Shown: one piece after another, positions 37,612 to 55,862 of the stretch
Layout of the letters: the number at the start of each line of letters is the position of its first letter
Position numbering within the stretch: the first letter of the stretch is position 1
Source of the DNA: the human T2T-CHM13v2.0 reference genome, Homo sapiens
NCBI RefSeq assembly: GCF_009914755.1
Contig: NC_060941.1
Direction: 5' to 3' (one strand)
DNA: 64,000 nt
Notes under the pieces: model-generated
What the model was told of the DNA's origin: nothing
The model's database searches: none
Seen by the model: the letters and a program-made list of their open reading frames with translations, nothing else
Made by a program: the position numbers and the translations under genes

Positions 37612-37751
37612 CTGTGAGGTGGACATGCGAGAGGTATCTTGTCGGCCTGTGAGGTCGGACGAGGAGATGTTGACGGGGGCCCCGCGGTGCAGCCGCATAC
37701 TCACTTTCCGCTCTCTCTCCATGCCGGAGACGGGCCGGGGGGAGGTGTTAG
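37612..37751 (-). CDS. CSNK1D: CK1 delta exon 8
   Basis: [25 protein letters not shown]...STSQ; 140 nt. Confidence 0.97.
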
Positions 37752-38167
37752 CTGAGGACAGGGAGAGAAACGGAGTGGGCCGCCCCCGTCTGCTGCCTCT
37801 CACTCGGGGCTTTCTATGAGAGGCTGTGGCCAGAGAGGACCCTGGGCTGCCTGGACAGTCAGGACCTGGCTGTGGCCGATGGCCACCAACACTCAGATCC
37901 GGCCGGAGGGACACAAAGGGACATGGGAGCGAGGTCAAGGGGCTCACAGGGGAGGAACGTGAGATGCGGGAGGAATCACGCACACCAGCAGGTGCCGGCA
38001 TTTCTAAAGGCGCCTGGGCAGCCTGGCTCATCCACCCTCAGGAGCGAGCATCGCCTGACACAGGGCACTTAGTGTCCACCACCAAGTACCCTGTTGTCCC
38101 CACCAACCCCAAGACACAAGAAGTCACCCCAGAGCCAGCCCCAGAGCGCTGGGAGGGGGGCACTCAC

Positions 38168-38339
38168 CCGTGTGTGAGGTAGGGGTGAGGGGTGTGGGGG
38201 GAGCCACTTCCTGCGTCCCCCGCAGGCGGCCGGAGGCTGTGGAAGGGAGGCCGCGGGTAGCCGGGTTCCGCGAGTGTCTCAGCCGCTCCTCTCGGTCCCT
38301 GCGCTCCCGCTCGGCGTCATCGGCGGCCCGGCTGGCACC
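38168..38339 (-). CDS. CSNK1D: CK1 delta exon 7
   Basis: [22 protein letters not shown]...TSHT; 172 nt. Confidence 0.97.
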
Positions 38340-38954
38340 CTGAGGAGGCAGGAGGTGAGGCCGGAATGGAACCAGCTTTGGCAGAAAGCAACCCTAGGTC
38401 CTAGGCTGCCCCGGCCACGTGAGAAAATACCTACCAAAGGGCACTGGGACGAGACTGCCTGCAAAGCCCCCCACAGGCTGCACGTTTCTCCTCATGGGAT
38501 GACAGCATCATCCCCACAAGGGGTCAGAGCCAGGCCTCTCAGCTCCCCCAACAATCGAAAAAACCCCACTCGCCATGGCATCTCCCTGTGGGCTCAGAAC
38601 TTCCTTAAACTTCCAAATGGGCAGCAGCTACCCCCTGCTGCTCTGTGAACATGCTCACTAACACGTGCAGAAAGAGGAGAGGGACAGGAACCATCGGAGG
38701 CCAAAGACAGGCCCCAAATGGTGACAGCTGGGGAGGAAAGCGGGGTGGGGATGAGAGCGTTTGGTCGGACGAGGAGTACACTCAGGGTCTGGACCCTGCA
38801 GCCTCCAACAGCCTGTGCAGGTGTGGTGGCGTGGCCAGCAGCCGGCAGCCGGATCTGTGCTGCACTATCCAGATGCACGGGGGTGGGGAGGTCAGATTTT
38901 AAGCCGAGACAGCAACCTATGAAAAAGCAGATTCTAACTGCCAATGCTGTGCGG

Positions 38955-39145
38955 CAGGGGCCTGCAAACTACAGCCCCGGGGCCAAACCCAGGTGCCACT
39001 TCTTCCTGCAAGTACAGCTCATTGGACACAGCCACGTTCACCAGGCAACACACAGACCGACACACCTGCGGCTGCAGCACCGTGCGGCCAGCACCGCCCA
39101 GACTCCTCATGCTGCCATTTACGGAAAACGCTGGCCTAGCCTGCT
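38955..39145 (+). mobile_element. MER58A-like hAT-Charlie MITE
   Basis: cagggg..gcaaactac.gccc..gggccaaa...ttggacacagccacg...tttacggaaaa. Confidence 0.65.
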
Positions 39146-40115
39146 CTGAGGGCCGGGTGACTCTAATGCCGCAGGAGGGTCGCTCTGATTCCTCCCGAGG
39201 CAGCACAGCCCCGGCAGAGGGACTGATCTGCCCTGCCGAGTGCACCCCTCCCGGCACCTGGGCCCCGAGGCTCGGGCCTGCCTCGCCTGCCATCTCTCCG
39301 GGGCCTCCAAGTACTCCCCACGCTGATGGGCACTTGGCAAGTAAGTCAAGATGAACAGAGTGCACCCCTCCCAGCATCTGGAGACCCCGCCCCTCCCTGG
39401 CCCCTGCACGACTACTGGACAAGGCTGCCGTTTTTGTACCCTCCCAAGAGGCAGTTCTGCTCCTCCATCAGACTGCTGCCTGGAAAAGCTCCAAATTCTA
39501 TTTAAAACTGACAACAAAACAGTAAGTTTTTAATGAAGGAACACAACAGTTCCACAGGAGCTTCATTTCTGACAGCGGTGTCTGAAAAGTAATTCAGCTC
39601 AGACATGGACCCAGGGCTGGGCTGCCTGTTTTAGAGGCTCCACTGCATACTCACACCGCATCAAGAAAGCCACAGGGAAAATCAGCTCATGACAGGGTCA
39701 GTCAGGCTAGACGGGTAGCACCTCACCAGGCCCCAACCCCACTCATCTCGTGGGCACCACGACCATGTGGCACAGCGAATGGGAATGCGCACCCCCAGCC
39801 CCCACCCTCTGCCCCCAGGGCATGCTCTGGGCCCTAGCTCCGCTTGGTGACAGGGAGGGAAGGGGCCTCCTGCTGTCCACACCCAGGAATTCCATGGACC
39901 CCTCTGCGTTCCCTAATGGCGTCTTACTTCTTGGCACCCCTTTCTGGCAGGCAGACACCCACTCAGTCCAGGTCCTGCCCACTACACACTTGCCCTTCAC
40001 AACCAGAGACACTCCCTATATGGTACAGCCCCTCAACAAGACGGCCGCCGGCCTCTCACTGACAAGCCATCCCCCGCACACCACACTCAGCGAACGTGCT
40101 GGCAGTGCGACTTAC

Positions 40116-40264
40116 AAATTTGAGCATGTTCCAGTCGAACACGTAGTCATAGGAGAAGCCCTGGCGATGGAACAGATTCCGGAAAAGCTGCCGCAGGTAC
40201 GAGTAGTCAGGCTTGTCGTCAAAACGCAAGGAACGGCAGAAATTCAGGTATGTGGCAAATTCGG
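40116..40264 (-). CDS. CSNK1D: CK1 delta exon 6
   Basis: [27 protein letters not shown]...WNMLKF; 149 nt. Confidence 0.98.
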
Positions 40265-40445
40265 CTACAAAACAAGAAACTCAAAGCTAACTCATGAAAC
40301 CCAACTGCGACTCAAGGTGTCTCTGCCAACGTCGCTGTCTACCTCCTGCTGCTGCACACTCAAGGGGAGAAGGACAGATGCAAAACACCTGTCAGATTTC
40401 TAAGACCTGAAGCCTTGAGAAAGCATCGAAAAGTATTCAAGTCAC

Positions 40446-40795
<350 letters not shown>

Positions 40796-41170
40796 CTACA
40801 AATGCAAAGGAAATCTCCCGAGCTCCTGGAGGGGGCCAAAGAGGGCAGCCACTGCAGAGAGAGGCCCCACCACTGCCTGTCCATCCCTTTCCAGCCACTT
40901 GGGGCCCTGAGGCTCGGGCCTGCCTTGCCTGCCATCTCTCCAGGGCCTCCAAGTACTCCCCACGCTGATGGGCACTTGGCAAGTAAGTCAAGATGAACAG
41001 GAGGGCAGGCTGTTACCTCCATACACAAAAGCGCCCCGCTTTCCTGCCACCACCCCTTTGGAAGGTGAGCAACTCTTCTGACAAAACCCAGACTGAGCCG
41101 TCTCGGCACACCCGACACATATGCAACCCCTGTGAGCAGCTCCGCTGAGAAGAGGCCTCCAGAGACTTAC

Positions 41171-41341
41171 AAGGGTAGCCTTTACACAACACTTCGATGG
41201 GGGTGGACATTTTCTTCTCGCTAATCCTTTCGTATTTCTGTCTCTTGGTGGCAGCCTTCAGCCCCTGCCAGGGGAGAGAGCCCAGGTTGAAGTACATTAG
41301 CACGTAGCCCAGAGACTCCAAGTCATCTCTTCGGGATTGTT
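41171..41341 (-). CDS. CSNK1D: CK1 delta exon 5
   Basis: [29 protein letters not shown]; 171 nt. Confidence 0.98.
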
Positions 41342-41752
41342 CTGAAAAGAAAAGGGAAAGGCGTGAAGAACGGCACTTGCGTGCTCACGTCAAAGCAAAA
41401 GACCCGGCTGGCCGTTCCAGTGGAGACTAGCCTCAGACACACATGCCCAGATCACTCCAGCTGGCACTTCCAGTGGAGACGAACCTCGGACACACATGCC
41501 CAGATCACTCTCACCCAGAGCTGCCCCTCATGCATACTAAGGAAATTCCCAAACACATCACAGGTGACTCAGAAATGTCCCAGCATCCGCCTGCCCCCAT
41601 ACACCTGGCAGTCACGAGCCAGCCTGTCTGCCGCAAAGGTCTGATGACACGCTTGCAGCCCCAGCTCCCCGAGAGGCTGGCCTCTCCCTGGGCTGAGGCA
41701 TGGACGCGCCCAAAGGCACCCCAGGTCAGTGACCCCATGCCCAGGGGCTCAC

Positions 41753-41981
41753 CAATTCCAAGGTGCGTGTTGATGGAGGCGTACCGCGCCGTCCCCGTGA
41801 GGTTCTTGTTCTCACGATAGGGGATGTGCTGGTGGGTGCGTGCATCCCGGTACTTCTTGGCCAGCCCGAAGTCGATGATGTACACCAGGTTGCCCTTCTT
41901 CCCCAGGCCCATGAGGAAGTTGTCTGGCTTCACATCCCGGTGGATGAAGTTCTTTGAATGAATGTATTCGATGCGACTGAT
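41753..41981 (-). CDS. CSNK1D: CK1 delta exon 4
   Basis: [11 protein letters not shown] and SIN kinase motifs; 229 nt. Confidence 0.99.
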
Positions 41982-42410
41982 CTGTGAGCAGAGCAAGGGC
42001 GCGAGATGGCACCCCAGGGCAGTCTCAGGGAGGGACCGCTCAACTGTGGGACACTACATCAGTGGCTGCATTGTTCCTGCCCCTCAGCCACAGCAGGGTA
42101 GTTTAACAATTAGCGAGGGGGATGCCGAACTGACCAAATTGTTCCCCCAGGTGCCTGCAGCAACCCTCCACACTCCACCCTCCACAGGCCTAGGCGCTTT
42201 GCCTTCAGCTCCCACAAAACAGAGAGGTGAGGCGACAGAGAGGGGACAACCCGCCACTAGACATCGGTCTCTCCCAGCACTGTTCTCTGCACAGACTACA
42301 CACCAGGATTAGCAGAGAAACTGCACGGAGGTGCTTAGGAATCACGTGTGTTCCTGAGAGACTGAGGAACCCACTGAATGGAAACGTGCTATGCTGGTAC
42401 CGAGAAGGTG

Positions 42411-44034
42411 GCCTCCAAGCCAGTGAGCTGAGCCACCAGAGCCTCGAGAAGCCAGTGAGCTGAGCCACCGAAGCCTCCAGAAGCCTCGAGAAGCCAGTGA
42501 ACTGAGCCGCCGGAGCCTCGAGAAGCCAGTGAGCTGAGCCGCCGGAGCCTCGAGAAGCCAGTGAGCTGAGCCGCCGGAGCCTCGAGAAGCCAGTCAGCTG
42601 AGCCGCCGGAGCCTCGTGAAGCCAGTGAGCTGAGCCGCCGGAGCCTCGAGAAGCCAGTGAGCTGAGCCGCCGGAGCCTCGAGAAGCCAGTGAGCTGAGCC
42701 GCCGGAGCCTCCAGAAGCCAGTGAGCTGAGCCGCCGGAGCCTCGAGAAGCCAGTCAGCTGAGCCGCCGGAGCCTCGAGAAGCCAGTCAGCTGAGCCGCCG
42801 GAGCCTCGTGAAGCCAGTGAGCTGAGCCGCCGGAGCCTCGAGACGCCAGTGAGCTGAGCCGTCGGAGCCTCGAGAAGCCAGTGAGCTGAGCCGCCGGAGC
42901 CTCGAGAAGCCAGTGAGCTGAGCCGCCGGAGCCTTGTGAAGCCAGTGAGCTGAGCCGCCGGAGCCTCGACAAGCCAGTGCAGTGCGCTGAGCCGCCGGAG
43001 CCTCGAGAAGCCAGTGCAGTGCGCTGAGCCGCCGGAGCCTCGAGAAGCCAGTCAGCTGAGCCGCCGGGGCCTCGAGAAGCCAGTGCGCTGAGCCGCCGGG
43101 GCCTCGAGAAGCCAGTCAGCTGAGCCGCCGGGGCCTCGAGAAGCCAGTCAGCTGAGCCGCCGGAGCCTCGAGAAGCCAGTCAGCTGAGCCGCCGGAGCCT
43201 GGAGAAGCCAGTGCGCTGAGCCGCCGGAGCCTCGAGAAGCCAGTGAGCTGAGCCGCCGGAGCCTCCAGAAGCCAGTCAGCTGAGCCGCCGGAGCCTCGAG
43301 ACGCCAGTGAGCTGAGCCGCCGGAGCCTCGAGAAGCCAGTGAGCTGAGCCGCCGGAGCCTCGAGAAGCCAGTGAGCTGAGCCGCCGGAGCCTCCAGAAGC
43401 CAGTCAGCTGAGCCGCCGGAGCCTCGAGACGCCAGTGAGCTGAGCCGCCGGAGCCTCGAGAAGCCAGTGAGCTGAGCCGCCGGAGCCTCGAGAAGCCAGT
43501 GCGCTGAGCCACCGGAGCCTCGAGAAGCCAGTCAGCTGAGCCGCCGGGGCCTCGAGAAGCCAGTCAGCTGAGCCGCCGGGGCCTCGAGAAGCCAGTGTGC
43601 TGAGCCGCCGGGGGCCTCGAGAAGCCAGTCAGCTGAGCCGCCGGGGCCTCCAGAAGCCAGTGAGCTGAGCCATCGGAGCCTCGACAAGCCAGTGAGCTGA
43701 GCCGCCGGAGCCTCCAGAAGCCAGTCAGCTGAGCCGCCGGAGCCTCGAGAAGCCAGTGAGCTGAGCCGTCGGAGCCTCGAGAAGCCAGTGAGCTGAGCCG
43801 CCGGAGCCTCGAGAAGCCAGTGAGCTGGGCCGCCGGAGCCTCGAGAAGCCAGTGAGCTGAGCCGTCGGAGCCTCCAGAAGCCAGTGAGCTGGGCCGCCGG
43901 AGCCTCGAGAAGCCAGTGAGCTGGGCCGCCGGAGCCTCGAGAAGCCAGTGAGCTGGGCCGCCGGAGCCTCGAGAAGCCAGTGAGCGGAGCCACCGGAGCC
44001 TCGAGAAGCCAGTGAGCTGAGCCACTGCAGCCTC
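42411..44034. repeat. VNTR, 32-bp unit GAGCCTCGAGAAGCCAGTGAGCTGAGCCGCCG, ~50 copies, CSNK1D intron 3
   Basis: Directly visible. Confidence 0.97.
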
Positions 44035-44165
44035 AAGGCTGAGGCTCAGCAAATTTCCATTTCCTCTGTGAATTAATGGCCATAATAATGGCAAGAACAG
44101 CACAAGCGAGTGGCTGATTCTATCAGACAGCAAGTGTGTGCCAACTGTCAGGAAACAGTCCTTAC

Positions 44166-44314
44166 CATTTGGTCAGCAAGCAGCAGGACGGTTTTGAGGC
44201 TGAATTTCCTGGAGCAGAAGTTGAAGAGGTCCTCCAGGCTTGGCCCCAGCAGCTCCATCACCATGACGTTGTAGTCCCCCTCTGCCCCGCACCATCTGAT
44301 GGTGGGGATGCCCA
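44166..44314 (-). CDS. CSNK1D: CK1 delta exon 3
   Basis: [31 protein letters not shown]...DQM; 149 nt. Confidence 0.98.
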
Positions 44315-44964
44315 CTAGGCAAGGAAATCAGACACAGTGTTTCAGTCCAGGCCCTGCCTCAGCTCCACACTAAGTCTGCACTGTGCACACCAAGGGGTCA
44401 TGGTGACAATCCTGAACGGGGGAGGGGTGGTGGAGGTAGAAGACCCCGGCAACGCCGCTCCTCAGGGACCCATCCTCGAGATTAGGCCCCATCTATTAGC
44501 AAATGGCCTGAGGCAGACGTTGGATGAGGGCCAAGCAGACAGGAGCTGTAAGGGGGACAAGGAGGGGATCGAAGCCCCACCTCCCCGACTCCCGTCTTCT
44601 AGGGCAGGGGGGCAGGAGACACAGAAAGCAGCCACGATGTGGGAAAGAAAAGAGCTCAGGCATAAAGGAGCAGCAGAGCCCGCCAGAAACGTCACACAGG
44701 AGATGGGAGGAGAGAAAGCAGCTACCGTGGGTTAGGTGAGAGAAGAAAATATGTTCAATTACTCCGATGTTGGTAGAAGTATTTGACTGGATAAGAGAAA
44801 AGCAAAAGCAATGAAAACTTTTTGGGGATTTACACAGTAACCCAGGATTGAAATATACAAATCAGGGAAGTGAAAATAAAGACACAATAAATCCAACAGG
44901 AAGAATTTAAAGATGGCTGCATAGTATCAGTGCTGAAGGCATAATCAACACTATAAAGGCACAC

Positions 44965-45263
44965 GGGCCAGGTGCAGTGGCTCATGCCTGTAATCCTAGC
45001 ACTTTGGGAGGCTGAAACGGGAGGACTGCTTGAGCTCAGAAGTTCGAGACCAGCCTGGATAACAAAGGGAGACCCTTGTCTCTACAAAAAATTCTGGAAA
45101 TTAGGTGGGTGTGGTGGCACGCTTCTGTGGTCCCAGCTACTTGGGAGGCTGAGGCAAGAGGATCACTTGAGCCCAGGAAATGGAGGCTGCAGTGAGCCGT
45201 GATGGCACCACTGTGCTCCAGCCTGGGCCACAGAGCAAGACCCTGTCAAAAAAAAAAAAAAAA
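44965..45263 (+). mobile_element. Alu (AluJ-like)
   Basis: Full dimer with A tail. Confidence 0.88.
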
Positions 45264-45859
45264 ATCCATTTTAGAAAAAATGGGTGAAAGACCTGGACAC
45301 TTCACCCAAGACGTTACGTATGAAAAGTCAACGACCACAAGAAGATTCTCAGAGAGATGGAAAACACATGCTGGTAAAAACATGCACAGGAATGTGCACC
45401 GCAGCCTCACGCCACAGTCAAATTCAAATGCTGCAGCAACAGGTGGGTTTCTCAAAATGCCACCCCCAAAATACGTCCTTTGGTCCTATTTTTTTTTCTC
45501 ATATCCACAAGAACATGTCTCTTCGGTATGTTTTCACAGCACTGGATCCGCAACTATACACATGGCTCTACACACATACGGCTTGTGAACGGCCTGGATA
45601 AACCTTTTATGTCCTTCCATGGCAAGACAGATTTTTAGTTTAGTCTTAAAGCAAGTTTTGGTACCACTAGGGAAATTCAATTCATTTAAAAAATTGTTTC
45701 ATTATTTTATTGTTTTGAGACGAGGTCTCGCTGTCACCCAGGCTGGAGTGCAGTGGCACCATCTCGGCTCACGGCAACCTCCGCCTCCTGGATTCAAGCA
45801 ATTCTCCTGCCTCAGCCTCCTGAGTAGGTAGGACTACAGGTGGGCGCCACCATGCCCAG

Positions 45860-48600
<2,741 letters not shown>

Positions 48601-48629
48601 CTATGTGGCATGGACTCCTGATCCATCTG

Positions 48630-49612
48630 AACTGATGGTGTACTGAGTGATGTGACTGATGGTGTACTGACTGATGGTGTACTGACTGATATGACTGATG
48701 GTGTACTGACTGATGTGACTGATGGTGTACTGAGTGATGTGACTGATGGTGTACTGACTGATGGTGTACTGACTGATGTGACTGATGGTGTACTGACTGA
48801 TGTGACTGATGGTGTACTGGTGTACTGACTGATATGACTGATGGTGTACTGACTGATGTGACTGATGGTGTACTGAGTGATGTGACTGATGGTGTACTGA
48901 CTGATGTGACTGATGGTGTACTGAGTGGTGACTGATGGTGTACTGACTGATGTGACTGATGGTGTACTGAGTGATGTGACTGATGGTATACCGAGTGATG
49001 TGACTGATGGTGTACTGAGTGATGCGACTGATAGTGTATTGACTGATGGTGTACTGAGTGATGTGACTGATGGTGTACTGACTGATGTGACTGATGGTGT
49101 ACGGACTGATGTGACTGATGGTGTACTGACTGATGGTGTACTGAGTGATGTGACTGATGGTGTACTGAGTGATGTGACTGATGGTGTACTGACTGATGGT
49201 GTACTGAGTGATGTGACTGATGGTGTACTGACTGATGTGACTGATGGTGTACTGAGTGATGTGACTGATGGTGTACTGAGTGATGTGACTGATGGTGTAC
49301 TGAGTGATGGGACTGATGGTGTACTGACTGATGGTGTACTGAGTGACGTGACTGATGGTGTACTGAGTGACGTGACTGATGGTGTACTGACTGATGTGAC
49401 TGATGGTGTACTGACTGATGTGACTGATGGTGTACTGACTGATGTGACTGATGGTGTACTGACTGACGGTGTACCGACTGATGTGACTGATGGTATACTG
49501 ACTGATGTGACTGATGGTGTACTGAGTGATGAGACTGATGGTCTACTGAGTGATGTGACTGATGGTGTACTGACTGATGGTGTACCGACTGATGTGACTG
49601 ATGATGTATTTA
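48630..49612. repeat. VNTR of 24-bp (GACTGATGGTGTACTGAGTGATGT) and 15-bp units, CSNK1D intron 2
   Basis: Directly visible. Confidence 0.97.
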
Positions 49613-49629
49613 CTGACACCATCTTTCTT

Positions 49630-49774
49630 TAACAGGGGTCCTGCTGTCACCCAGGCTGGAGGGCAGTGGCACCATCACAGCTCCCTGCAGCCTTAACCTC
49701 CCGAACTCTAGCCATCCTCCTGCCTCAGCCTCCAGAGTAGCTGAGACTACAGATGTAAGCCACTGCACCTGGCC
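49630..49774 (-). mobile_element. Alu monomer (FRAM-like)
   Basis: Reverse single right-arm Alu abutting the VNTR. Confidence 0.75.
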
Positions 49775-51627
49775 TGTTTCTTTTTCCTCCCTACCCCCCA
49801 AATGTCTCAGCAGAAATCACCCCTTTTGTTAGCTGTAAGTAACAATGTACCCCGTCATCCATGGCATTAGAGAATGAATAAAATACAGTAAAAGCAACAT
49901 GCTCTTGCCTCTCAATGCACTTGTGCTCTATGGACTTACTGCTACTGGTGATTTTGCAGGAACAAGTGAAGCCAATGGGTTTGAAAAGAGAACCAAGGCT
50001 GCCTGCGCCCAAGTGTGCTAGTCATCCAGGGCCACCCTGCTGCCCTGCCCAGGTGCTGTCACGGTGGGAAGCGGCCACTCATGCTGCTATTTGTAGTCTC
50101 AACACTTTTCCCTCATGGTGCCCGAAGGTAGCTAAACATATGCGTGGGGATAAAAATCGGGTGGACAAGGCCAGATACATGAAGACATGCTCCACTCTCA
50201 TCTGTGAAAAGTTTCAATATAAATGTGGGGACTGAGCATTAATGCAAATAGAAATTTTCATGAAGTTTTCAGCAGTTGAACCCTAAAATGATTTATATAA
50301 CTAAAATGTTTCTAGATAATTTCATTATTTGGATTTTGAAAAAAGTTTCTTGTAGGATGACAAAGCAACAAAAACTTACAAACAGGTGAGCAAGGTCCTG
50401 GCACAGACATGGGGCTGGGCGGGCGAATGGGCTCCACAGGGAGTGTTCCCTCTCAGGTGGGCAGGGCAGGGTCCTGGTTGTTGATTTTAATGTCCTCGAT
50501 ACCGTACATGTTACATACATTCTTTGGTGTTGTACAATATTTCACAAGAAAAAGATGATGGAAGACAGTCGCCCACCCTCAGCCACAGAACCGTCACCCA
50601 CTGGCCCGGGTTCTACACACGTACTCCCCTCTTCCCTCCCTCAAACCATGCCTACCATCTCAGCCTTGACGAAAAGCAGCTGTGAACTAAGTAAATGTCC
50701 TTTGCTGAGGGGTTCCCCAAGGAGGGAGTGAGCTAAGGCTGCTTTTGGGGGATGTTAGGATTGGAAAGAGCAGTTACAACTGTCCCCAGGTTTTGCCCAC
50801 CAGTCCAGTAGGTTTTCATAAAAACTAGGTGTCTATCCAAATCTTCCACCAACATAGCTACTTTTAGTTTCTTTCTACTATTTCAGGTATTGAATCTATT
50901 GTCCCAACCAGATTTGGGACAGGTGGGAGCATCTGGGGCACATTCCTGACAGCTGAAGGCCACGTAGGGTGGCCGCCATTTCCTTCTCTGGGAGCAGACA
51001 GCTGCTTCAGCAGTAGCCTGGGGGGCTAGAATGCCCAAGTTCAAGTCTGTCCTCTGTGAAGTTACACAGCCTTCTAAACCCAGTTTCCTCATTTGCAACA
51101 TAAGGCTGAAGAGCTCAGTACCCACTGCCCAGGGCTGCTATGGGCAGTGACCAGTGTGTTTTTAAGGCTCATTCTTCCCAAGCTGCAGAGAACAGAATGC
51201 ACTCGCTGTGGAGCTTTCTCCTGGAAGGCAGCATCCATCAAGCAAACGTAAAGATCAGAACCTGGCACCACCACTTGACTTTCACGTGAAAGGAAGGAAA
51301 ACCGCAATGAGTGGTGCTTGCTGCCCTTTTTTTCAGAGATAGCAGGACAATCTGGACCACCCACAGCAAACACTGCACAAGGGGACAATCTGTACCACCC
51401 ATAACAGGACAATCTGCACAAGGGGACAATCTGCATCATCCATAGCAGACACTGCACAAGAATGGCAGTGGCAAGATCTGGTGGCTTCTGGATGAAACAA
51501 TTTCTTCCCATTATTTGTCAACTCCCCGGTTTAGTCTCAAAGTGAATTCAAGAACCACCACCAGAATTAGGCCTTTTGCCTTCTCGGACATCATTTGTTT
51601 TCTAAAATGCAGATCTTTAGATCTTTA

Positions 51628-52008
<381 letters not shown>

Positions 52009-52169
52009 CTACATTTTGGAATGGTCAGGGACATGGCAATGCGCTCGAAGCCCAAATGGGAGAAAAACCATTTCTGAAATCCTATTTGGTTTCCAGGATC
52101 CTAGAGAAGGTGCCATGGGCAGGAACATGAAGGTGCAGGCTTCTTTACTCTCTTAAGCCAGCGGCCACA

Positions 52170-52317
52170 GGGGAAGCAACTTTGCCTGCCAGGGGCCTTC
52201 AGCACTGTCTGAAGAAAGTTTTGAGTATCACAACTAGGGGCAGGGGTGCTGCCAACATCTACCATGCAGAGAACGCACCACTACAAATGGCACTAGTGCC
52301 GAGTGGAGAAGTCCTGT
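52170..52317 (+). mobile_element. MER20-like hAT fragment
   Basis: tgtctgaaga..ttttg..tcacaact..ggggtgctgc..aaatg.cactagtgccgag..gagaa.tcctg. Confidence 0.6.
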
Positions 52318-53445
52318 CCGGAACCACGTAGCACTTTTTGGTTCAGGGTTGGCTTCCCCAGTGACCATCCCGGGCTTCTAAGGACTGGCTTTCTTCCCTT
52401 TGCCCTTGTGTACCCCTGGCTTGCAAGTTCTCCTGGAGACATCTCTCGTAAAAACTTAAGGTGTTTTTAAGCTTGCAGGTTTTACTTGACCCCAGCACCA
52501 GGCTCCCGCAGGCCAAGGCCACACCCCGCACCACCCTGCTCTATTGGCTCGTCACACCTTCAAGGCAATGCAGGCTCCAGGCCCTTGAGAAGCCAGTCCA
52601 CCACCAAGGGCCGCCAGACAGGCTCCCAGGGCGGAGTCTCTGCTGAGCTTTCCCTGGGTTGGTGATGGGATTTTTCATTCCTGTGGCCTCCTCTGGTCAC
52701 GTGAGGCCCGTGATGGGACACACTGGGTGCCCCTCTCTGTAACGGGTTCCCCAGGACCACAGGTGCTGCCAAAGATATTTTGTGTCACATAAACTTAGAA
52801 ACGTCGGTTTCTTGTAGTAGCACAGATTACGTGCTTGTGCTGAGAAAAGATGTCAAAGAATCAAATCAACAGTCCTCCCTTTCCCGTGACAAAAGGGCTA
52901 ACAGAGGCCCTGAACAGGTTTTCCTTTGGCCAGTTGCCCAAGGGGACTCACCCAACCATCCACCTACAAATGTGCCGCGGAGCCTTCTCACTGGGAGGGC
53001 TCCACAGACGTGGCACAGCCACTCTTCAGACAAAAAGCTCTGTTCCCAAAGAGGGCTCCTGCCAGACCGAAGCTCTGCTGTTGAGACACACGCTTCATGG
53101 CTCTGAAATCCCCGCAGAGAATACCCTCCTGCTCCATCAGCCCAACTGTTTGAAAGTCCAGGGAACTCGCAAGAGCTGGACTCTGAGGGGAGGACAGGAG
53201 CGCTCTGCTCCACACCTGGCCCACCGTGGAACACCAGGTACCTAAGGCCCTGGGCTGAGGGCTCGCAGAACTGGGACAGTAACTGAGCTGGAAGAGGTCA
53301 TGATGGTCGCCAAGTTCAAAACCCTTGTTTTGCTCGGAGAAAACGAGCCCAGAGAGTATGAAGGGACTTCCCCCAAGCTATAAGCAAAGCATGCGAAGGA
53401 GCAGAGGCCTCACTCAGGGATCACACATCAGGAAGGCCCCACTGA

Positions 53446-54345
<900 letters not shown>

Positions 54346-54422
54346 TAACCAGCAATGCTGAGTTGCTGTTCTCCCTTGTCAAACAGAACCCTGGTGTTGC
54401 TCTGTGACTGGTAAAGACCTAC

Positions 54423-54533
54423 CTCCTCCCTGCATCATCTTGTAGATTTTGCTCTCAATGTGGAGCTGAGGGTGTTTGGTTTTGACACATTCAAGCTTGA
54501 TGGCAACCTCTTCTCCTGCAGCAATGTCCGTAC
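54423..54533 (-). CDS. CSNK1D: CK1 delta exon 2
   Basis: [36 protein letters not shown] (K38; T44 and H46 reference residues); 111 nt. Confidence 0.98.
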
Positions 54534-55515
54534 CTTGGCAAAGAAAGAAAACCACAACAGGAATTACCTGGTATCCACCAAATAACCCAACATGCTGGAG
54601 AAACAACAAGCACTATGTGTTTTCCATGAAGGACCAAGTGAGGGATGTGTTCTCCTTCCTAGCATAGTAAGGCGGGCTAATCGGCTGACACATCTCTGGG
54701 GGAAGTTATCCATATTCCCATTTTCACAACAGGACGAATTTGAACTGCACAGAAAGTTTATGTGGCTTCCATCACCCGCCCACCAGTCTTCAGGTGCTGC
54801 AGCTCCCTCTCCACAGTGGCCCTTCTGGTCTGCATCCTCCCATCAGCCCTGCCCAAGGCCCCTGCACTTGCCCGCCCCAGACAGCCTGTGGTAGAGCTCC
54901 ACGGTGCCATTCCCTTTTCTCCATGCTGCCTGATAGGCCTCCGAGGGGGTGGTTTGAGTTTCCCCCTGAGGAAGGGCTAGGTTTTTACCCAATAGCCACA
55001 GTCCCAGTCCACCCAGGCCTGGCATCACAGGCAGCGGGAGTCATCTCTAGCCAACCTATTGCAGGCAAACACCCTCCACCAGGCGGAGGGAGGCCCTTCT
55101 CCCTTCCTGGGGACACAAAGCCAGAAGAATCGCCTGTTTTCAACGCCCTAAATGTACCACCTACCAACACGCACCGGTCACACATCTTTCATCAGTCTAT
55201 GGCTAAAACCAATGACACATCTAATACCATGACGATCGGACTATGAGTTTGGAGGCAAAATTACACTTTTTATCTAGAAATGTTCCATCTCTGCTTTACT
55301 CCAATAAATGACAAATGTGACAACCACCATCCCTCTCAGGTTCACCCACAAATGCTCCTGAGTTTGAATCTGGCCCAAAGCCTTCCCCAAATCCACTGCA
55401 TGAGGCATCCAAGGAGCTTTAACCGAACAGGAGAGAAAAAGAAGCTGCACACAGTACATACCCAGCTCTCTCCTCTTCCCTCACGAGTCCCTTCAGAGTA
55501 TAAGACACTGGAATC

Positions 55516-55862
<347 letters not shown>

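Noticed and set aside
42411-44034. Possible CRISPR-like array (32-bp repeats)
   Set aside because: Head-to-tail repeats with no unique spacers and no cas genes; human intron
48630-49612. Box C/D snoRNA-like TGATG and CTGA motifs
   Set aside because: No proper RTGATGA box with terminal stem, antisense to the host gene, and explained by the repeat unit
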